Assembly (NCBI GenBank): GCA_964016885.1
Contig: OZ024744.1
Span: 74,524,001 to 74,588,000 of the forward strand
Source of the DNA: Eledone cirrhosa
Lineage: Eukaryota
Direction: 5' to 3'
DNA length: 64,000 bases
Below, in pieces: positions 63,045 through 64,000 of the stretch. The position numbers and the translations under genes are program-made. Position 1 is the stretch's first letter, and each line of letters begins with the position of its first letter. The notes under the pieces are model-generated. The model saw only the letters and a program-made list of their open reading frames with translations, was not told where the DNA came from and did not search any database.

Positions 63045-64000
63045 CCGACACCCATCAAAACAACACAACCACCAACACCACCACAACAACAACACCAACA
63101 CACAAAAATAACCACAACAAACACAGTCCCACCCAACCCCACTCCACCTAAAACCACTGCAAAATCACATACAGACACAACAGCTCCCCAAGACATACCC
63201 CTCCCCAATCACACAGACGATACAACAGATGAGGCTATCTCGCCATCACCCAGTGAAGACGAGGGAGAACCCCATCGCTCGAAAAGAAAGAAAAGACATC
63301 ACAAAAGCAAAAAACCAGCAAACACTACCACAAACATACAACCACCAACACAAACAACACAAATATCACAAACAAAACCCCCACCTCCTGAAAACAAAAT
63401 ACCTACACAAGAACTACAGACAAAAACAAACACAACACAAGAAAATTACACTTACACTTACATAAACACTGAAAACAAAACACTAATGGAGACCATCACG
63501 AACGACCCTTCGGTTTTCACCGAAGGGAAAACTTTCGCCCACTCTATAAAAAATAGCAAAAAACTGAACCTTAAACTGATTTGGGTCCCTATACAAACTT
63601 ATAGGTCCCTAAAAGAAACATTTGAGAAGGATGTGGGGAATTCCTGCGTGAAACCACTCAACCGCGTCCTTCTCAAATGCCTCCCCACCCCAGACACCCC
63701 CATCCCACCAGACCCCACCCCACCAAACATCTGCGTCCCCACCCCGCCGGAAACCACCACCCATCCAGACAACCCCTCCAACACCCCCATGGAAATCGTG
63801 CGGCCTGGTCCCCAGGAGGCGAAGGGTGAGTGATCTCTTTTCCTCTTTTAACTTTTCAGCACCAACATGGCCAATATAAGAGTTGGATGTGTGAACGTAC
63901 GCGGCCTGGGGATGCCCTGGAAACAGGGCAAACTCTTAAACGACCTCAGGTCGCACAGTTTGGATGTGGTAGCCATTTGCGAGTCCAGGATCCACGGCGA
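63045..64000 (+). mobile_element. Divergent Tx1 family C, 5'-truncated in ORF1; ORF2 starts at 63867 and runs off the window
   Basis: ATG 63867: MANIRVGCVNVRGLGMPWKQGKLLNDLRSHSLDVVAICESRI, homologous to ORF2 N-terminus; Pro/Thr-rich ORF1 tail 63486-63833. Confidence 0.85.

Overview
Repeat-dominated eukaryotic DNA; no host gene can be supported. The SINE sequence and extreme microsatellite density resemble an octopus/cephalopod genome (recognition only, unverified). Two retrotransposon arrays (1-28380 and 45214-61333) are built on (ATT)n/(AAT)n microsatellite tracts. They contain seven copies of a Tx1-clade (L1-group) APE-RT LINE, all on +, and four R4/Dong-type RLE retrotransposons, all on -, joined by short (ATT)n tracts. 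An eighth, divergent Tx1 copy starts at about 63045. Intact ORFs: two Tx1 ORF2s (1139 aa) and one Dong-type ORF (1130 aa); no Tx1 ORF1 is intact. A tRNA-derived SINE with an (ATT)n tail brackets the second array and resembles the Tx1 3' end. The microsatellite-rich middle (28.4-45 kb) holds Penelope-like repeat fragments with hammerhead-ribozyme motifs and fold-backs, a DD37D Tc1/mariner relic, several MITEs and old LINE relics. Main leads: (1) an (ATT)n guild of two unrelated retrotransposons plus a SINE using opposite strands of one target; (2) a conserved splice donor overlapping the Tx1 ORF1 end, where a 52-53 nt intron would fuse ORF1 to ORF2 in frame; (3) ORF1/ORF2 module swapping; (4) a hammerhead cluster.
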